From Chrysomallon squamiferum (taxonomy: Eukaryota; Animalia; Mollusca): DNA of 64,000 nt. A program made the position numbers and the translations under genes. Where the stretch lies: contig CM022669.1 in the NCBI GenBank assembly GCA_012295275.1, positions 3,100,001 to 3,164,000 on the forward strand, read 5' to 3'. This document shows, piece after piece, positions 56,924-64,000 of this stretch (positions are counted from its first letter, which is position 1; each line of letters opens with the position of its first letter). Under the pieces are notes generated by a model, which did not search any database, was not told the DNA's origin, and was given only the letters and a program-made list of their open reading frames with translations.

Positions 56924-58234
56924 TTTGTTTGTTTGTTTGTTTGTTTGTTTGTCCGATGGTTCGTTCTATGTTCGTGCTTGTTTGATGCTTACTCTTCTTT
57001 GTTTTTCTAATTTGTTTATTCTTTTTATTTCTTTTTAGCTATCTACATTTTATTGTTGTATTATCCCATGTTAGTTTTTCTTTTATTCTTTTATTACTGC
57101 AACTGATAACTGTTACCTTTATACTGATTTCCTTTACCGCCCCACACTAAACAAGTCAGTTTTCATAAAAATCTTGAAATTAGGTATCGATATTATAATA
57201 GTGACAAACTTTCTTGTTCTCTGTTATTAGTTTTCTTATTTTGCTATTGAGCTAACTCTGTGGAATTTATCGAGGGAGCAAGGTTGACCTAGAGAATAAC
57301 AAGGTCAAGCTGGAATTATTTTATTAAACTATTTTAAACTGTTACATAAACACCTAAATGGATATTTATTTGTCATATGTTTAACTGCTACTATTTCTTT
57401 GTGCCGTAATAGTTCATGAAGCTTCTGCCATGTTTGTTACATATTAAATTGCTTAGTGTGTTCGTAGATCAAATTAACCAATGTTTATTTATTTCAATTT
57501 GTTGTTTATACATAATGACAGTGACAATGACTTTATACTTATTTTTACCTTATGTCAGTACCGGGTTATAAACTGTCTGTTTCTGTTAACTGTCACGTTG
57601 GCAGGTTTTAACCAATGTTTGTTTATCTAAGCTGGTTTCTTGTTTAAAGTGTAATGAGTGTTTCGCTATGTTTATTGTTTGTACTAAATGTTTCATTTAA
57701 TATTAGTGTTAGTTTTATCCAACACAACATTACAGTGAAGTAATCGAAACATCGAAGAACTCTGTTTTGTCTGTTAATCTTCTTGCAGTGGTCATAATAA
57801 TTGGATCCAAAACAACTTTCAAACGGTTGATTTATTAAAAGTATTCTAACTTTGCTCTGAATGTTACACCGAAATATATACAGTTAGTTTATTTTATCAA
57901 AATAACTTTTCTGTCGAGTAAAAAGTGTTTAGACGATTTAGTAGTAAATTCTACAGAATTTGATTAAAGACGAAGTAAAAGATTTGAGAAACATTTAAAA
58001 TGTAATTCTTACTGTGTCGAAATACGTGTGTCCTGGAAATACATTTGTTAATTAGTTAGTCAGTTAGTTTGTTTGTTGATTTATTTATTTATTTATTTAT
58101 TTATATTCTTGACCTATATTCACAATAAATGTACGCTGGACGTCGTAGTATTGAAGAATACTTAATATCCATTGAAATAGTTTTAAACCACATCATCATC
58201 ATCATCTGTATTATTATAAGTAGTACCTGTAGAA

Positions 58235-58265
<31 letters not shown>

Positions 58266-58710
58266 CAGCAACAGTAATGGTACTAATGACATATATTACT
58301 AAACTAGCACACCTTAAGAATAATTTTAAATCTAGTAAAGTGATGAATTTACAACAAACAAATACTGCTTTACTGCACTGGTCGGATTTATATCTCAGAA
58401 AGGTTACATCATCCACTGTGATGAATATAAATTTCTTAACTGAAGAGAAAATAAATACTGATTGGAAAGATAAAGATTTAGATGTACCAAATCTGCGTTC
58501 TTTTAGTGCCATATATATTTACAGTGTTTACTTTTTTTCAAACAGGTATTTGTTGTACGTACCTGTCACGCGTCCAAGTAGGCAGCTTCATGTAAGACAG
58601 GAAGGAAACGAAGATTACTGAGAAGTAAAATGTCTGATTTGATTTAGAAATTGCTGAAGCCAACTGGTTCAGAACCAATTTCATTTTGGCAGCTCTGCAC
58701 TTTTTCACAC

Positions 58711-58812
58711 TTTCTTATTTAATTTCTACTTTTGTGACTGTGGTGCAATGAAAATCAATTTTCTTTATTTAATTTCCACTTTTATGACTGTGGCGCAGTG
58801 GAAATCAATTTT
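58711..58812. repeat. About 51-bp tandem duplication
   Basis: ttatttaatttc(t/c)actttt(g/a)tgactgtgg(t/c)gca(a/g)tg(a/g)aaatcaatttt occurs twice. Confidence 0.85.
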
Positions 58813-61800
58813 AGTCTGTTTTTAAGCTTGTTTACCGTTGATTTCCTGGACTTTAATTCCTAAAGAAAAAACATAAAGTTTGATTCTTAAAGAAAAAAGA
58901 GATTTATTTGTTCTTGGTTTTCAAGGTGTTTGGTGGCTTGATTTAACACTGTAGCAATGCCGGAAATATCTTCTGTATTTCATCACCACCGAATTGTCAT
59001 GGCGGTGAAATATTTGAAATTGTCTCTGTCAGATGGAGATGCTGCTGGTGGTGAAGTCGATTGTCAAACTTCCAGGTGCAAATTTCACTGAAAAATCTAT
59101 TAAGTCTTTAGTCACATGGCTCATAAACAACATGCGCATGTTTTGCAAGGAAATCCACACTTTTTGTTTCCTTTTTCTTTCTTTTTTCCGTTGATATTGA
59201 GGATGAATTCCATACTCTGACGACTTTGCAACATCTGATCTTAGTGGTGTATGAACAGTCAAATTTGTTCTGTTTCAAATGATGGACTTAGAACTAAAAG
59301 AGTCTCAAACATCGGTTTGTGTGTTTTAGATAAGTGATGTTCCAATTATTATACAAGTAATAAAGTTAGAAATATTACAAAGTTGTTAAATATCACTGAC
59401 ATCTATTAGATTACACAGACACTCATGATGTTTTCAACATATGTCACTGCATGATCCAGATTTATGACTTACTTATCTGAGATTAGTTAACACTGGTGTT
59501 CCGTCATTCATTCTTATTACCAAACATAGAATTTGCAAATTGTTTTAGAAATGTCATTATAACAGGGCATTATACAAGATGTCACACATTTGACCCGGCA
59601 TTATGTTATTAAAAGCTTTTGTTAATGTTAAACATGTCATATATGAACACAGAGAAAGAGAACCTCTGGATACAAGTTCTGTCGATGGACACAGTCCAAA
59701 GACATTGACCTGTCAGATTTCGGAAAAAAAATAATGATGAAAAAAACTTTCGTTTATTACGAAATGCCACTAAGTTTAGAAAAATGTTGAAAGTAGATTA
59801 TCTCGGTTTGTTTTATTGGTTGATATTTTTCAGCTGTGTACATTATTATATGCAAGATATATGCAAGATATACGAAGACTGATTCTTTACCTAAACTTTA
59901 TCTGTATGTGTCTTGATATATTTGTCTATTTTGTAAACATAACTACGCTTCCAAAATGAAAAACAAGTCATGACCAATCTTATATTTGTTATTCTTATTC
60001 ATAATCTTAGTAGTTGTAAATGTAATTGCTGTAGCAGTATTATAATAATAGAAGCCATAGTAGTAGTAGAATTAACAAATTGCAGAAGCAAATCTGGATG
60101 GAGAAATACGGAGAACCGAGCGTTCGTTCATGAATCAGTAATACTGAAAGCGTTGCAGTAAGGAACCTGTCCTTCGACGCTTTAATACTTGAACAAAAAT
60201 ATTCGACAGAAAAAACAAGTATAACTTCCTAAACTTTATTCCTATTTATTTTCTTTTTTTCTTATCTTACAAAAGAGAGAGAGGAGAATAAATTTTTTTT
60301 TTTTAATTTTTTCTCGAATAGAAATGTAACTAATCTTTTTGCCTCCAAACACAAATAGAGGCAAATCTTTTCCAAACGGTTTAACGTACTAACAGCTTGT
60401 TATCAGAATGTTTTGCTGCAGAGCTGACCTCCAAAGTAACGCGTTATTTCAAATACTATTGGAAACAGACGTTGCTGCTTTGCAAAGTCAGCCAGTGGAA
60501 TGATGCCAGAATGTCTTTCTGCCACCTTGCAGCTGCCTGCACAATTCCGGAAAGGGTTAAGCCAGAATAATCTGCAAACTAAGTGTCCAAGCTTTACAAA
60601 AAAAAAAAAAACCTAATAAAAACAAAATGAAGTGGGTAGAGCATTTCTTTAAGCGTGATGGATACAAGGATCGATTCTCCTCAAAGATCAGTTCAATTTG
60701 TAAATGATTTAAAAAAAAAAAAAATTTTATCCAGCTTGTCCTACACTGTTTTATCAATGGGGTAGTAAATATTTAAAAAGAACCCTTTCCTTGATTGCAG
60801 TCGACAAAACTAGACAATCGTGTGGCGGGTTTCTTCTCTGATGTCGTGTTTTGTGTATCGTTCATCCACCCGTATCAATTTTTTATCTGACAATTTTAAA
60901 TTAATATGTGTATATGCAGTTATTTGTTTGAGTGTGTTTGAGTGTGTATGAGTGTGTATGTGTGTATATGTGAAAAATAATTAATTATTTCTATCCGCTG
61001 TTACAGAGCTGTTTCCCGCTCCAGCTAATGTCCCATGACTGGTTTAATTAAGGCCCTGGTATGTGTTGTCCTAACTATGGAAAAGTAATTTTATTTCTAT
61101 CCAAAGTTAGCGTTCATAGCAAACTTTTTTTCCTCACGTGCTAATTTAACAATGAGTTTAATTCAGCCCATGACCTGTTGTTTTTAATTATACGATGGAT
61201 GTTTGAAAGACTGAAGTATGTCTGCTGCTGTCCTGCCATAATGAAAATTGTGAATATTACGTTTATATAAAACTATTTTAACGTTAATGTTAAAGAAAAT
61301 GAGTTCATAGAACTGAAACGTGCTCTTTATTTTTCCCTTCTACTTCGGCTTTAGACTTTAAATAATAAATCTAAATCAATTTTAATGTTTAAATTATTAC
61401 TATCATAATTAATTTGAGATCAATGTAAGACAGTTGGGTTTATTTCTTGTTTTCATAATCTGACTGAAATAGATTTTCCATGTCCAACTTTTCAACATCC
61501 ATTAATACTGGCCATCAGAGAAGAACTTATATATGCATTTCTTTTCATGTGGCTCAATATGATGGATTGGATGGCATTGTACACCGACGACGTGATGGAA
61601 ACCACTACCATGGAAACGAACTCATAGTCCAGACATACCACTGTCTTAGTCACCGCCAGTTTAGACTCGTTTGTCAGAATGTTTTGTGAACACAAACACA
61701 CACACAGTCGCATTTTATTTTATTTCAAACCCGAACCGTTATTTTATTATTCTTTTTTTTTAGTAAAAGTAACTGTATAAAAAAATGTTTATGTCTTTCA

Positions 61801-64000
61801 ATTTTTTCTTCTTTTTAAATTATTATTATTACTACTACTGCAACTTTATTTTACTACTTTTGTTTCATTTATTTATTTTATTTTATTTTATTTATTTATT
61901 TATATTTTTTTTTTATTTTATTTTTTATTTATTTATTTTATTTATTTATTTTTTTTATTTTTTTATTTTATTTTATTTTTTATTTTTGGTTTACTTATTT
62001 TTGAATTATGTTTTATGAGATCAAGATAACCTGCTGGTGACCTGCTATGCACTGTAGTGGACAGAACAACGACTCATCTAAATGTCGGTCACTGGTCGTC
62101 ACATCATCACCTTCAAATAAAGCCGCCTGGTCTCGGCAAACATCGCCATGCGGACATCCTGCTGGGAAAGTTGGAGTTATAGATCTAATTGAATTCACAG
62201 ATTTGGTTGCCCTGGAATTTACAGCGTGTTTGATTTAGAATAGTTGACACTGGAAAATACTGATAGGTGATGTGTCCTTTAGCAACACGTCAGAGGCGAG
62301 AAAATGTGTAACAAGATAAAGTATTCTTTATCAAACCAAGATGTCTATTTACGTAATCCGACTGTTTGTTTGTTTATTTGTGTCTCTGTGTGTGTGTGCG
62401 TGCGTGCAATTATGGTTGCGTATGTATGTATGCTTATATGCATGTTCATAATATATGAATGTTTGTTTAATTAATTATTTGTTTGTTGGTTTGTTTTCCG
62501 TGTTAAAAATGAATCATACACTAATAAAAATAATTATAGTTTTATATTTGCTTGGTAAAACTTGAACAAGTCCATTTATTTCCCGTTCTAGAATGCGATT
62601 TACTTTTGCCTTATCAAAGAATGTAGTTTCCTGATTATTGAAATGTGCACATATAATATTCCTTGCAATTAATCGATAATAATTTTAGAAATATTTTTGT
62701 CTAATTGCGACTGTTAGGATGACAGGTTCTGTCTGTTCACTCTTGTTTGTTATGCCTGTTGAAGCAGTTCTCGTTAATTAAACACTGCTAAATACTAGCA
62801 TTTAAAACATCAGCCTAACAAATTAGATTCTAAATATCATGCAGCTGTACTCAGTCCACGACCATCTGCCTCAAACCAATGAAGTTTTTTCTAATTAACG
62901 GATATGACATAGAAAAGCAACACAGCCGCCCCGTGCGCTATTCCTACCGATTAGCGGCAAGGAATCGTTTTTGCGAACCTTCCCATAGTCGATATAGTAA
63001 AGGCAAAGACGTCGTACATACCGGAAGATGGAAAAAAGCTCAAATGTATCCTGAGATTCAAATGGAATGCAAAGAAATTCTGATTCTGGAATATCTTGCT
63101 TATAAGATAAGCTCTGTAACACGGTTGCTAGGTATGTTTGTAGGGTTAGTTAGAAAAAGTCAAGACGTCTTAAATTTGTTAATAACGTATGAAAATTTGT
63201 TTTATGAGAAAAGACAGTAAATATCCGCTGAAAATAGTCTTATTAATTTAAATAGTCTCCACCTCATAAATTATTGACATAAACAGAGTTTGTTTTATTT
63301 TACGTTGCTTTATTTTAGTTTATATTAGTTTATTTTTTATTTATTTACTTGCTCAATTAAGAACGGTTTTAATTAAGAAATTTATATTTATTTTCCTTTT
63401 TTATTGAAATTAAAATAAATAAAATAAATAAAGGTATTATTTGTGTCTTAATTATTTCTTGTCTATTTATACTCGTATATGCCACTAATTATATTTCATT
63501 TCTCCAAAATAATGATCACTAACGTCACGTGAATACACAACATAGAACATTTACAGTTATATAAAAAAAAATTATATTTAATCTTCAAAAGTATAAGCAG
63601 TTACATTTTGTCATAATATTATAAATTAGGTCAAAAAAGCTTTAAGTGTTCAGTGTGAATATCATGTAAACGAATTATCTAGCACTGACAAACAAATTTA
63701 TATTCAGTCTTGCTTTCATTAAGTATAAAAAGAAAGAAAGAAAAAAGAAAGAAAGAAATAAGAAAGAAAGTATTCAAGAATGAAGGTACAAATAAAGTTA
63801 TTTTGCAAAAATGGATCTGAGTTAAGCTATCTTTCTATTAGTTGGAGAAACAAAGTCACAGATTTCTTTCGTTGTTTCTGTGATCCTACATCACAATATG
63901 ACGTCATAGACCTATCATTAAATACGACTGCATTTTACATTTTATATTCTTATTCAGGTTGTTTAATTATCAGTTTCTGAATACAGATGCAAAATGTGAA

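Overview
AT-rich, microsatellite-dense eukaryotic (animal) genomic DNA, most likely a mollusc/gastropod judging from the protein families and SINE-like repeats (inference). A 200-N scaffold gap lies at 21294-21493. Two spliced minus-strand genes are readable. The first is a rolling stone-like (FAR-17a/AIG1-like) multipass membrane protein with three clean coding exons (11129-11224, 10094-10325, 9349-9459); I could not find its expected C-terminal exons because intron 3 runs into a 25-bp satellite. The second is a multi-CBM14 (peritrophin-A) chitin-binding protein with a 1-kb exon (19115-20128) carrying a 2-bp frameshift in the fifth domain, plus a short last exon (17055-17079). About 9.3 kb (1-9245) is repeated in direct orientation at 27604-36930. 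Both copies end in the same satellite and contain a 65-nt candidate terminal exon whose splice acceptor is itself one unit of that satellite. The rest is intron/intergenic sequence with three internally deleted Mutator-like elements, a Tc2-like TIR element, a Tc1/mariner remnant, SINE fragments and tandem repeats. Two AG|GT recursive-splice-like sites (25444/25445 and 44241/44242) lie on the minus strand. I cannot establish a wholly new biological system. The most interesting signals concern splicing architecture and a possible chimeric gene, and both must first be separated from assembly artefact.
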